Made by a program: the position numbers and the translations under genes
The notes under the pieces: generated by a model
The model's input: the letters and a program-made list of their open reading frames with translations, nothing else
Database searches by the model: none
What the model was told of the DNA's origin: nothing
From: Octopus sinensis
Lineage: Eukaryota
Direction: 5' to 3'
Assembly: GCF_006345805.1 (NCBI RefSeq)
Contig: NC_043006.1
Coordinates: 14,074,001 to 14,138,000, forward strand
Length of the DNA stretch: 64,000 bases
Shown: positions 24,478-37,110 of the stretch, one piece after another
Layout: each line of letters begins with the position of its first letter
How positions within the stretch are numbered: the stretch's first letter is position 1

Positions 24478-24860
24478 TTTTCAAATTTTGGCACAAGGCC
24501 GACAATTTCGGGGGAAGGAGTAAGTCGATTACATCGACCCCAGTGCTCAAACGGTACTTATTTTATCGGCGAGCTGGCAGATTCGTTAACGCGCCGGGCG
24601 AAATGCTAAGCGGTATTTCGTCTGCCGTTACGTTGTGAGTTCAAATTCCGCCGAGGTCAACTTTGCCTTTCATCCTTTCGGGGTCGATAAATTAAGCACC
24701 AGTTACGCACTGGGGTCGATGTAATCGACTTAATAACTATGTCTGTCCTTGTTCGTCCCCTCTATGTTTAGCCCCTTGTGGGTAATAAAGAAATAGGTAC
24801 TTATTTTATCGACCCTGAAAGAATGAAAAGCAGTGTAGGCCTCGGCGGAATTTGAGCTCA
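24478..24860. mobile_element. Nested SINE-C composite with 18-bp TSD
   Basis: GAAGCC(T/A)TCTGAATATTG at 24460-24477 and 24861-24878; a plus-strand copy lies inside a minus-strand copy. Confidence 0.8.
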
Positions 24861-25364
24861 GAAGCCATCTGAATATTGGAAAAGACTCAGATCTAACATG
24901 TGGATTCGCGCCCAGTAGCAAAATACCACATCATGACTCCTGCTCAATACTCTGTGAACACAATAAAAGTTGTAAGACGTGACGTGGACCGCTACAATGG
25001 GGACTACAAAGCCATGGCCATCAAGAAGGAACACAGCTGGTGTTCTGACTGCGTCCGTACGCCCAAATCCATCCAACAACTTCAGGAACAGGGCCTTAAG
25101 CTCAATTCAGACGCCTATGTGAAGCTGCTGGGGACTAATTGATTAATCCCTGGCTGGAGAGGGTTGCTTCGGGAAGGCCACGGGTAGGAACTGAATTCAG
25201 CTCATTGCCACCCGTCCGGAAAGAGTATGAATTAGTTGTCGGAGAATTACTATGACTGCACCAGCCCTAATTCATGGGCTCCTAATTCCCTCGATAGTAA
25301 TCCCATGGATTATTGTGTGAGAGGTACAGTTGAGAAGACACCAACCACTTTGACTGTAATACCT

Positions 25365-25594
25365 ATTTCTTTACTACCCACAGGGGGCTAAACATAGAGG
25401 GGACAAACAAGGACAGACATAGGTATTAAGTCGATTACATCGACCCCAGTGCGTAACTGGTACTTAATTTATCGACCCCGAAAGGATGAAAGCAAAGTTG
25501 ACCTCGGCAGAATTTGAACTCAGAACGTAACGGCAGACGAAATACCGCTAAGCATTTCGCCCGCCGTGCTAACGTATATGCCACCTCGCCGCCT
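25365..25594 (-). mobile_element. SINE-C with about 15-bp TSD
   Basis: TTTG(A/G)CTGTAATACC on both sides. Confidence 0.9.
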
Positions 25595-25932
25595 TTTTGG
25601 CTGTAATACCAAAACCGAGATGGTGGCCAACAGGAAGGGGATGTTCGAAGATCTTCCCAGGAACGTAGTGATGAAAGCATTTGCCAGGTTCTGGAACCGT
25701 CTTGAAGTTGTGATGGAAGCTGAAGGCAGCTACTTTGAGTAAACTGTTATCTCTCTCAGCCTTAATCTAGTTGATAATATTTGTTGTTGTTTTTTTTTAA
25801 TTCTTTATTTTTGGGATGGGATATTGTGCTTTCTTTTCCTTTTATGCAAACAGTTAAATTTAACCCAAACACCCTGTATATTTAATTATATTCATCTACA
25901 CGCCGAAAGCTGAACATTTAGTTTTGGTTTAA

Positions 25933-25987
<55 letters not shown>

Positions 25988-26944
25988 TATTTTGACACAT
26001 TCAATAATAACTAAAAACACAGAAATTATAACATTTTCGCATTTAATACAATTAATCATCAATGCTTTATTGTTCAGGCGAACAACATGTTATGATTTTA
26101 ACAAGAACAAATTTTATTTTCATTGTGGATGACTTTACTATTCTCAGCAACGTTAGTTTTGAAGTTGTTACATAAAACAGAAACAAAAAATGATGTTTGT
26201 TTATATCATTTCTGTTGATCGAGTTATGTTTAATGACTTCGTTATGTTATGCCTTGGGTAGCAAACTTTCTGATTCATGGCTATTTATTTCATTGATTAC
26301 ATAACATTGCTGGAACAACACAAACAAAAATTTAGAGAGGTAAAATATATTGTTGCATATAATAACATCATAAGATATTAGAAAAGAATAATTAAGAAAT
26401 CATAAAACATGCTCCCAGCTTGAACATAACTAAATATTGCTATTTTGCCGTAATAAAATAGCAAGTGAAAACACACAGAAATTATAGAACAAATTATAAG
26501 AGTCGAAATGTTTGGTAATTTTCCAGTCAATGAAACTATCAGAACTCACTGAATGCGACTCTAAATTTTATTTCCATCTCCTGTCAAGAAGATGAGTACA
26601 AGCCATGGTACAAGCGCTGAAGAAAAGCAGCTGGGATGAAAATCATAGTGAAGCTATGATTTTCTTCCTGTCCTTCGTTTGTCAGACTTTTACCCAGTGA
26701 TCTTTGTCCTACATGATGAGCAGACGTTACTACGTCTTTAATGGGAGCACTAGCTCCCTGGAAAGTGGATGAAAAGTTTATGAGCTTCTTCCATACACCC
26801 AGAGACTGTTGCAAACATAGAACCGAGTGTTTAAAGAGCCTCAGGGGTACAACGTGTCGGGTGGAGAGCTCTAGATTAATCGTTAGCATGAGAAACCACA
26901 AGCGTTTCATTTCACTATTAGATGTAAACGTATACCTGCAGAGT

Positions 26945-27273
26945 GAAGGCGCGTGGCTTAGTGGTTAGGGGCATTCGGCTCACGATTGTAAGGTCATGAG
27001 TTCAATTCCCAGCGACGCTTTGTGTCCTTGAGCAAGATACTTTATTTCACGTTGCTCCAGTGCACTCAGCTGGCAAAAATGAGTAGTACCTGTATTTCAA
27101 AGGGCCGGCCTTGTCACGCTCTGTGTCACGCTGAATCTCCCTGAGAACTACATTAGGGGTACACGTGTCTGTGGATTGCTCACTCACTTGCACGTTAATT
27201 TCACGAGCAAAGCTGTTCCGTTGATCGTATCAGCTGGGACCCTCGTCGTCGCAGCCAACGGAGTGCTCCTTCC
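26945..27273 (+). mobile_element. tRNA-derived SINE-D (CORE-like centre) with SINE-B tail
   Basis: A-box TGGCTTAGTGG, B-box GAGTTCAATTCC, TGTCCTTGAGCAAG…CAGCTGGCAAAAATGAGT. Confidence 0.85.
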
Positions 27274-27554
27274 TTCCATACTTACAGAACAAAAAGTACC
27301 TTCCTCTGCACGAAAAGGAAGTAAGGGATGCCTTCATTTATGTACGCATCCGTTACCAGTTCTTCAGAATTATTGATGTTACAATATACACTTTTATTGA
27401 GTCTCTGCATGACAGTCACCCACGATTTCACCCGGCTATTGGCGCCGTGTAGCAATTTAAGGTCCAGCAAATATCTCATTTTTCGGAGAAGGAGTGTTGC
27501 TTTTTTCTTTGTTTCTGTTTGTTTTGGTTTTGGTTTTTGGTCGGTGATGAAGGT

Positions 27555-27941
27555 GTGGAAGCACTCCGTCGGTTACGACGACGAGGGTTCCGGTTGATCC
27601 GAATCAACGGAACAGCCTGCTCGTGAAATTAACGTGTAAGTGGCTGAGCACTCCACAGACACGTGTACCCTTAACGTAGTTCTCGGGGATATTCAGCGTG
27701 ACACAGAGAGTGACAAGGCCGGCCCTTTGAAGTACAGGTACAACAGAAACAGGAAGTAAGAGTGAGAGAAAGTTGTGGTGAAAGAGTACAGCAGGGATCA
27801 CCACCATCCCCTGCCGGAGCCTCGTGGAGCTTTTAGGTGTTTTCGCTCAATAAACACTCACAACGCTCGGTCTGGGAATCGAAACCGCGATCCTATGACC
27901 GCGAGTCCGCTGCCCTAACCACTGGGCCATTGCGCCTCCAC
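27555..27941 (-). mobile_element. tRNA-derived SINE-B, full length
   Basis: Reverse complement of 59558-59945. Confidence 0.9.
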
Positions 27942-28090
27942 AAGGTGATGGAGGTATATTATATAGCTTCAAAACCAATGTTGATGAAAACAAAAACAGT
28001 AACTTCACCCACAATGAAAATAACAGACGCTCTTAACATTTTATGTTGCTTAGCTGAACGACATACCATTAATGATTAACCAGTGTATTA

Positions 28091-28424
28091 TCTCTCTATA
28101 TATAAACGGCAAAATGTCTGTCTGTGTGTGTAACCTTTATACAAATCCACAATTTTTCAGTTAGAGGGCTCGCACTTTCTATGGTCATTCAAAACCGTCC
28201 AAGGGTGGTCGTGCACATCTTTACATTTCCCCAGTCACCCCACAAAGCCATTAAAAATCAATAGAAGTGACTTTTTTTGTGAATTTTCTGTCCAAAACCC
28301 AATCAAAATACCCGAAACTTGATACGCCAATTAAATGCCAGCTAGCTGTATGTGATTGGTCGGAGATTTGGACAGTACTCACGTGTATGTGCGCACACGT
28401 ACGTAGCTGTGTATGCATGCACTA
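28091..28424 (+). mobile_element. Helitron-like element, end uncertain
   Basis: A|TCTCTCTATATATAAACGGCAAAATGTCTGTCTGTGTG start; CTAG at 28421-28424 without a clear hairpin. Confidence 0.4.
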
Positions 28425-29299
28425 GCACTATGACCCAGCGTTATTATAATTTGTATGAGATATTATAATTTGTATGACTTCAATTACTATTGAATATTTT
28501 ACTACGTCACGGAAAAACAAATATTCGTTTATCTTTGGTTGGAAGAAAGTTTTTAACAATTTCTTGGTTATCGCTGTATCATTGTTTGCAGCAAATAAGA
28601 GTTTTATAATTTCTGATTTCAATTGTTATTGAATATTTTACTACGTGACGGATAAACAAACATTCGGTTTCCTTTGGTGGAAAGAGAACGTTTATATTGT
28701 TTCTAAGTATTGTAATCATTATGTGCAACATTTTCTATAACCAGCATAAGTCTTGTTTTGTTTCTATTGTTCGTGTATACTGTTTGGAAAAATTGTGTTA
28801 TGTTATGCTAAGGTTTCAATAAATTGTTACAAATGAAAACCGTCTTACACACAGGTCTTTAGTCAAACCATATAATTATGTGGTCTGCAAACAACATATC
28901 TAAGTCAACAGAAACGATATTTACATCGGTTAAAGAAAATGTTGGATATAACGGTAACATAACTAAGAATAACTAAGAAATGATACGGAACGAGTTTAAT
29001 GTAGAGACTAAAATAGGGATTATGAGTAAGCAATTAAAATTATATCTGTAACAAAAAAAAGCTCTCAGCGCTAATTGCAATGACTGACAAAAAGAAAAAC
29101 AACTCTGAAATCTAAATTGATTGAATACAGAATGGATGGATCATAGGCATCACCGACCGTTCCTTCTCTCCCTGGGTATTTCTACTGCTGATACTTTACA
29201 AAGTTTTTAGGTAGGATATTCTGTTCTAAATTCGATTCAAATGGTTGTGATTTGGGGTAAATACTGTAACAACACTGAACATGCTTTGAGTTTCATATA

Positions 29300-29717
29300 T
29301 ATTTCTTTACTACCCACAAGGGGCTAAACATAGAGGGGACAAACAAGGACAGACAAAGGGATTAAGTCGATTACATCGTCCCAGTGCGTAAATGGTACTT
29401 AATTTATATCGACCCCGAAAGGATGAAAGGCAAAGTCGACCTCGGCGGAATTTGAACTCAGAACGTAACGACAGACTAAATACCTATTTCTTTACAACCC
29501 ACAAGGGGCTAAACTCAGAGAGGACAAACAAGGACAGACAAACGGATTAAGTCGATTACATCGACCCCAGTGCGTAACTGGTACTTATTTAATCGACCCC
29601 GAAAGGATGAAAGGCAAAGTCGATCTCGGCGGAATTTGAACTCAGAACGTAACGGCAGACGAAATACCGCTAAGCATTTCAACTGGCGCGCTAACGTTTC
29701 TGCCAGCCCGCCGCCTT
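29300..29717 (-). mobile_element. SINE-C tandem dimer inside one 15-bp TSD
   Basis: TTTGAGTTTCATATA at 29285-29299 and 29718-29732. Confidence 0.9.
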
Positions 29718-30038
29718 TTTGAGTTTCATATAACGCCTCAGTAAAATGCTACCAGTAGATATTAGTTTTTTTCCATCATTTAATATTCGAGGAATATTTG
29801 AAGCCAAAACATTAACTTTATTATTAAAATATTGTGATAATAAATTGGTAGAATCGCTAAAGCAGCTGACAAATAAACAACAGCATTAAATTACGATTCT
29901 TAAAATATTCGGATCTTTGATCTATACAAGGCCGATAAAATAGAAAAACAATCAGGTACTGTGGTCACTTTAAGCCACTGACCCGTCCGCATAGACTTGT
30001 GACCCTGTGTGTATTATAGAAATTATTATTACATACTT

Positions 30039-30340
30039 GTGAAGGCGCAATGGCCCAGTGATTAGGGCAGCAGATTCGCGGTCGGAGGATCGCGGTTTCG
30101 ATTCCCAGACCGGGTGTTGTGTGTGTTTATTGAGCGAAAACACTTAAAGCTCCACGAGGCTCCGGCAGGGGGGGTGACCCCTGTTGTACTCTTTCGCCCC
30201 AACTTTCTCTCACTCTTTCTTCCTGTTTCTTGGGTAACGCTGCGATGGACTGGCGTCTCGTCCAGCTGGGGGGAACACATACGCCACAGAAACCGGGAAA
30301 CCGGTTTCTGTGGCGTGGTTAGGCTTGAAAAGGGCGCATA
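30039..30340 (+). mobile_element. SINE-B head with SINE-D-type tail
   Basis: GGCGCAATGGCCCAGTG head; GCGATGGACTGGCGTC tail. Confidence 0.8.
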
Positions 30341-30564
30341 AAAAAATTATTACATGCTTGGCCTTGTGGTTAAGGTATTCAGCTCGCGATCATAATGTCA
30401 GGAATTCAATACCTAGACCGGGTGGCACATTGTTTCCTTGACAAGGCATTCTATTTCACGTTGCTCCAATCTACTCAGCTGAAAACGAGTACCGGCCAGT
30501 TGCTTTGGCAACTGTGTTCGTCTTTCTTTCTATCTCACCCTCTCTTTTCCACTCTTCCCTCTTC

Positions 30565-30606
<42 letters not shown>

Positions 30607-31117
30607 CAATTGGCATATCTTAAATGTGCCGCTGAGTCAAATGGCAGGAGGGTCGAAAGGGTGGCTATGTCTGCTTGCAATAACACAGGCATCTAAAAGC
30701 ACGGTACATGTCACCAAGCCATTCTCGTTCACAGGTGACGGCAGCTTCTTTAATAGTGATGAAACGACCGTGTAAATCAGCTGAGGAATTTTGCCTCTCA
30801 GTAAATAGTTAATTACAGGATTTAGGCCTTATGTCAAAGGTCAGAGTCTCTTCCTCCAGTAGTCATGGAGCTTCTGAAAAAAAATGGATCATAAAAACCA
30901 TTGTTTCTCCTCACCCTGAGCAGTTCTACTGCTGATACTTTGCTGAGTTTTTAGGCAGAAGATTCTGTTCTAAATTCGGTTAAGATTTTGGTACAAAGAG
31001 GGGCTAAGTCGATTACCTCAACCCCTAGTGCGCGACTGGTTCTTATTTTATCAAACCCGAAAAGACGAAAGGCAAAGTCGGCCTCGGCGGAATGTACTTC
31101 TTTGAAATTGATAAATA

Positions 31118-31469
31118 TGCGCTGGTGTGGCTGTGTGGTAAGAAGGTTGCTTCCCAGGTTCAGTCCTACTGCGAGGCACCTCAGTCAAGTGTCTTCTACT
31201 ATAGTCTCGGGTCGATCAAAGACTTCTGAGTGGATTTGATAGGCGGAATCTGAAAGAAGCCCGTCGTATGTGTGTGTGGGGGGTCTCCGTGTATGTGTTT
31301 GTCACCCCCATCACCGCTTGATTACTGGTGTTGCTGTATTTACGTTCCACGTAACTTGCCGGTTCGGAAAAAGAGACTAACAGAATAAGTACTCGGCTTA
31401 AGAAATAAATCCTGGGGTGCTCCAGCATTGGCCGCCGTCAAAAGACTAAAACAAGTAAAAGTATAAAAG
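31118..31469 (+). mobile_element. SINE-A, diverged
   Basis: Homology to SINE-A. Confidence 0.8.
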
Positions 31470-31660
31470 AATGAGAGAATCTCTCCAGAAAAAGTCTGAA
31501 AGATTCTGTAATGCACCTTGTCAATTCCCACAATGTTATTTTTGAAAAGCTGTTGGATTCCTGATCAATACTCATCCAAAAGATCGTAATCACTATTTTT
31601 AATTTGCTAAATCGCCTTTGGCATTTCCGAATAATCATACCATCAAGATAAATAGTACGT

Positions 31661-31835
31661 AGGCGTAGGAGTGGCTGTATGGTAAGTAGCTTGCTTACCA
31701 ACCACGTGGTTGTGGGTTCAGTCCCACTGCATGGCACCTTGGGCTAGTGTCTTCTACTATAGCCTCGGCCCGACCAAATCCTTGTGAGTGGATTTGGTAG
31801 ATGGAAACTGAAAGAAGCCCGTCGTATATATGTAT

Positions 31836-31872
<37 letters not shown>

Positions 31873-32088
31873 TTGTGTGTCTGTGTTTGTACCCCCCGCC
31901 CAGCATCGTTTGACAACCGATGCTGGTGTGTTTACGTCACCGTAACTTAGCAGTTCTGCAAAAGAGACCGATAGAATAAGTACTAGGCTTACAAAGAATA
32001 AGTCCTGTGGTCGATTTGCTCGACTAAAGGCGGTGCTCCAGCATGGCCACAGTCACATGACTGAAACAAGTAAAAGAGTAAAAGAGTA
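31661..32088 (+). mobile_element. SINE-A, full length
   Basis: Head AGGCGTAGGAGTGGCTG; tail GTAAAAGAGTAAAAGAG. Confidence 0.9.
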
Positions 32089-32300
32089 CATATTCTTTCT
32101 TTTGTATTTGTTATATTTTTGCTCTTATGAAATTCATAGAGCACGCAATGCTGTATAAACGCTCAACAAAGTCCTTATTTTTCATAGGCTATAAGACAGG
32201 ACATACATACACACAGCGTGTTCGCATTAACGTTTGGTCATTAACTCTATGCTGGTTGATTAGTTGATTGCAAGGCCATCTTTTGTTGGCTTATAAACTA

Positions 32301-32696
32301 CTAGCAGTATCGCCCGGCGTTGCTCGGGTTTGTAAGGGAAATAACTATATAAGCATTTTTAGAGAGTTACAGCCAAAAAATAGCAAAAAATGCATTAAAA
32401 ATGGAAAAAAAATGATGGTAATTTTTTTTTAAATCGTTGACTCATCGTAGACATTTTTAGAGAGTTACTTCCCTTATATAATAGCGAAAAAATGCATTAA
32501 AATGGAAAAAAATTATGGTAAATATTTTTTTAAATCGTAGACTCATCGTAGACGCGCGCTAATACCCAGAAGAGCTCGATATGAATCACGACTATAAGAT
32601 ACCCGCTTTTGGTTACACTGCACCGCAAAATGTGGGAGTAGTTAGAAATCTAAATCGTAAGAGACAGACACACAACTTGACTATTATATATAAAGA
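32301..32696 (-). mobile_element. Non-autonomous Helitron
   Basis: A|CTAG-CAGTATCG-CCCGGCGTTGCTCGGG…TAAAGA|T. Confidence 0.85.
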
Positions 32697-32854
32697 TTTG
32701 TGATATGACGTCAGATAGTTTGCTTAAAAATACATTGTTTTATGGTACTCCTAATATATATTAAATGTATTTGTGTGTATATGTGTGTATGTATGTACGT
32801 GAGTGTATGTATATGCGTATGTGCATGTTTGAGTATGTATACATTATTTATATA

Positions 32855-32885
<31 letters not shown>

Positions 32886-32892
<7 letters not shown>

Positions 32893-33083
32893 ATCCAAAT
32901 ATGAAAACACAACAACGCGAGGATGTGAAACAAGTATAGTATTATTGGACGCTCAGGAAAGGAAAGAAAGAAGGAGGATTTAACGTTTCGAGCGGAGCTC
33001 TTAGTCAGAAACATAGGAAATGGAAAGATCCAGAGAAGGGAAGACGGAGGAAAAAAATCGCCAACGGTACACACGTGGTCATA
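32886..33083 (-). mobile_element. pLTR-like repeat family G with HHR (core CUGACUA, 32979-33013)
   Basis: Reverse-complement homologue of 61022-61230; adjacent to (TA)n. Confidence 0.65.
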
Positions 33084-33186
33084 TATGTATACTATGGGGT
33101 AAAATCCGTAATACTATTACCAAGTAGTCAGTACGTAAATAAAAACCTTTCAGGTAAACTTTACAAATTTTCCTATAATGATATAC

Positions 33187-33292
33187 ATAATTATAACAAG
33201 GGGTCAGCTATGTGTCTCACCACGTACTGAATTAGAAATAGCGTCTATTTCTAATTCAGTACATGGTGAGGCACATAGCTGACCGCTTGTTA

Positions 33293-33299
<7 letters not shown>
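33187..33299. repeat. Hairpin with 55-bp arms and a 3-nt loop
   Basis: Arms 33187-33241 and 33245-33299, about 4 mismatches. Confidence 0.95.
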
Positions 33300-33329
<30 letters not shown>

Positions 33330-33331
<2 letters not shown>

Positions 33332-33721
33332 CCTAAAGTATACTGGCCATCTCAATATGGCTAACCACAAAGGGTGGGTATTACTGTAGCTTTTAGCCCC
33401 AGGAGATCATCGTCTCCTGCTGGATTTAGGCACACTATCTGTGCCCTTGTGGTATTTGCAAAGGGAGGTCATCCCTTTCTCGTAAGCCTAAGTGGTACGC
33501 ACCGGCAACTACCTCGACAAGAGGCAACTACCTCGAAACCGCGGTCCGGTGCGTACCACTTAGGCTTACGAGAAAGGGATGGCCTCCCTTTGCAAATACC
33601 ATAAGGGCACAGATAGTGTGCCTAAAGCCAGCTGGAGACGATGATTTCCTGGGGCTAAAAGCTACAGTAACACCCACCCTTTGTGGTTAGCCATATTGAG
33701 ATGGCTAGTATACTTTACGTT
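33330..33721. repeat. Fold-back element, about 176-bp arms and 40-nt loop
   Basis: Arms 33330-33505 and 33546-33721; loop has GGCAACTACCTCGA twice. Confidence 0.95.
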
Positions 33722-33766
33722 GTCGAGCGGTTACTGTTTACATCTCGTTCAGAGATTTATTTATTG

Positions 33767-33815
<49 letters not shown>

Positions 33816-34304
33816 AGTAAAAAACATAAATCCGAAATAAGAAGCACACTCTAAGGTGTATAAATATATATAGATATATTTGAAAAAATTAATAGAAATG
33901 GTGACTTTTCTGACAATTTTTCCACTTTAATAATTAGATGTTTATAACCTTTTCTAAACTTATAAGCATCTAATTATGGAAGTGAAAACATTAACAGAAA
34001 AGCCATTTCTTTTCATTTTTAAAAATATATGATATTACACGAAGGACTTTCTATTTCTTATTCCATTGTGTGTGTGTTTGTTTTTATGTTCAGATACAAA
34101 ACCAATTTTACATTAATCTGATGGGTTCCTCTGTACTTTTATAGAGTACAAATTTATTATTCTTATACAAGAATGCTATTGACAGTGACTTCGATGTTTT
34201 TGTCAGCTAAGCCATCATCTAACAACGGCTTAGCTGACCGAAACTTTGCAGTTACTGTCAACAATATCCTTGTATAAGAATTTGTATACATATACATATA
34301 TGTA

Positions 34305-34651
<347 letters not shown>

Positions 34652-34678
34652 GGTTGAAAAGGAACACACGGGTTGATG

Positions 34679-35022
34679 TATATGGAAAAAAAGTCAAGGT
34701 AGAAAATGCTAAAATAATTTTATAAAAAACATTTCAGTACCGGTTTCAGTCATTGAGACTTTTTCAACTGTAAGTATGGAAAATAATTAAATTTTGGAAA
34801 AATTAAAAGAAATGTTTTTTAAAAGAATGATTTGCATAGTATTGAAATACAAGGGGTATTTTCCTTGTTTCTGCCTGTGAGTAAACAAGACAGACAAAGA
34901 CAGGCAGGAATTTTATTGTTTTCCATACTTACAGCTGAAAAAGTCTCAATGACTGAAACCGGTACTGAAATGTTTTTTATAATTTTTTTTTAGCATTTTC
35001 TACCTTGACTTTTTTTCATATA
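34679..35022. mobile_element. Inverted pair of HHR-bearing pLTR-like repeats (about 110-bp arms)
   Basis: Minus-strand HHR at 34735-34770 (core TTGAAAA); plus-strand HHR at 34932-34967 (core CTGAAAA). Confidence 0.75.
34735..34770 (-). ncRNA. Minimal HHR with C3U/G8A covariant core
   Basis: CAG-TTGAAAA-AGTC tcaat GACT-GAAA-CCGG-T-A-CTG. Confidence 0.65.
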
Positions 35023-35205
35023 TATATAGGGAGAGTTTACGCAAAAAAAACAAAAGACGAAGACAGGTGGTGTACAAAACAAACTGATGTATTAGTATAA
35101 CGCTCAGGAATAGAAAAAGTCTTTTACATTTCGAGCCTACGCTCTTCTACAGAAAGGGACACAGAAGAAACAAGGAGAGAAAAAAATGTGTATAGTGGCT
35201 AACGG
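35023..35205 (-). mobile_element. pLTR family F copy (HHR-like motif at 35121-35156)
   Basis: Near-identical to 12-198. Confidence 0.6.
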
Positions 35206-35928
35206 CATATACGTGTGTGTGCGTGTGCGTGCATGCATGTATGTATGTATGCATGTTTGTGTGTGTATATGTTCACGTGTCTATGTTTATATTGGACGAT
35301 GTAAACCAGTGTATGGAGTTGCATCCCTTTTGTATAAAAAAAAGGGTCACCTTGCCCTTCGTTCAATCGTGTTCGATGAAAAAGTGCCACACTGAAAATA
35401 TGTACGACTTAAACCAGTGAAGGTAATGCCCCAGAATGGCCGCCGTCCTGTTACAGAAACCAATAAAACGTTACATTACACCAATTTTTGAGATAAAATG
35501 TATTCATATTGTATTAAATTTCATTTAATTTATTTTATTCTTTAATTTTATTTATTTTATATTATCTTATTTTATTTTGTGGCAGCATTAAAATAGCCAT
35601 TAGCGTTAATTTTCATTATTAAACTATTGAATTTAAACTATTAATAGAAAGAATACCCTGCAAGATTTTGTAAAATTTAAATTTTCTAACTTCTATGTTT
35701 CTCTGTTCTCATTGTTAACTTCATTAACTACACGACATTAATTAAACAGTGACTACCACACGCTGAACTTATATTGTTCATTTTGTCAATATAATGGACT
35801 TTAACCAATAACCAATATAACTGACATCATGGCTTGGGTTACCTGCAGTTGGCATTGATTAATGTTAACTATGAAGTCAACACTCGTGTAAACATAGTGA
35901 TATTCTATACACGTGTGTGCGTGTATGA

Positions 35929-35979
<51 letters not shown>

Positions 35980-37049
35980 TTCATAAGCAAAGTAGCTAGT
36001 TCTAAAATCTCTATAACATGCAAACAGTAACTTGACTGGAAAGCAATTTTTTGTTGCCACTTCAACATGGCTGTTTCGTACGGAACGACGTTACTATTCT
36101 TTTCAAACTCAAGAGAACACCTTCTTCAGCTGGTTAACGATACAACTTGTGTCCGATATATCGCTAACAGGAGATCAGACACCTACCATCAAACGATTTG
36201 GACCAGTAGACCAGCCTTGTTTCATGGTATTTGATAAACCTTGTCGGCCATGAGGAAGAAGTCACAAAAACGCTTCAAGATAACGTAAGTGAAAAGAAAA
36301 ATTAAATCGGTTCATGCGAAAGCAATTTTAAAAAACGTCATACAAATAACCAGTTTTGTTTCCAGTACACCGACAAAAGTAAAACCACGAAGTTGGCTAG
36401 CCACGTATGGGGCTTGTCGATCAACAGCATACCACATACAATGAAGAGGAGAACCATGGAAAAATACATGTCATATGTTAATGGATCTAAAAGTGCGACT
36501 TATGCATAGCTGAAAAATTGTACATTCTTTTGAGATCAAAGAAGTTCACCATTCTATTTATTTCCAGACCCGATTTTATTTTAGCAAATGCAAGCCTATG
36601 GATACATTTCTTTTCGCGAGCTAGAAGACACTACGCTCACCGGATTGTTCAGCTGCCACGCAGATTTTGGACACCGCTTTGTTGAATTATTCTACAACAA
36701 CTAGTTTAATTATAACGTCTACTCTAATTTTGCTTCTTTTCTTCCTTATCTTTTTCCGTTTTCATTCGCCCTTTTTTTATTCATTTCACATTTCAAATTA
36801 ATCTTTTACTTCCTTTTCTCATGGTTTCTCATGTACCAGCGTCCTGATTTTCAAACAGAACAAGCTGTGTACTCAGAGCCTGAAGATTGCTTAGAGAACA
36901 CAAGGCACGTTATAAAAATTTGTCTCACCGCGTATCTTAATGGCAAGAAACTATTAGTGACTTATTTTAATACAGTGTGTATAAAATTATATTTATCTTT
37001 CACTGGATGGGGTACATTTTGTTGATCTTATCTTAAAGGAACAGTTAAC

Positions 37050-37110
<61 letters not shown>

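Larger units (their letters stand above)
23833..25876 (+). mobile_element. Decayed Tc1/mariner (maT/DD37D-like) transposon interrupted by SINE-C insertions
   Basis: TA-flanked TIRs CAAAGTGTTCGGGTTAAATTT and AAATTTAACCCAAACACCCTG; GLKLNSDAYVKLL, SWAPNSLDSNPMDY, CNTKTE…RFWNRLEVVMEAEGSYFE*. Confidence 0.8.

Noticed and set aside
26584-26910. 108-aa minus ORF, possibly an RTE RT remnant
   Set aside because: Only vague resemblance; no intact diagnostic motif
33330-33721. Ribozyme within the large fold-back
   Set aside because: No CUGANGA or UUGANAA core with GAAA on either strand
36210-36284. 75-nt open segment ending at a GTAAGT donor
   Set aside because: Acceptor lacks a pyrimidine tract and there is no recognisable homology
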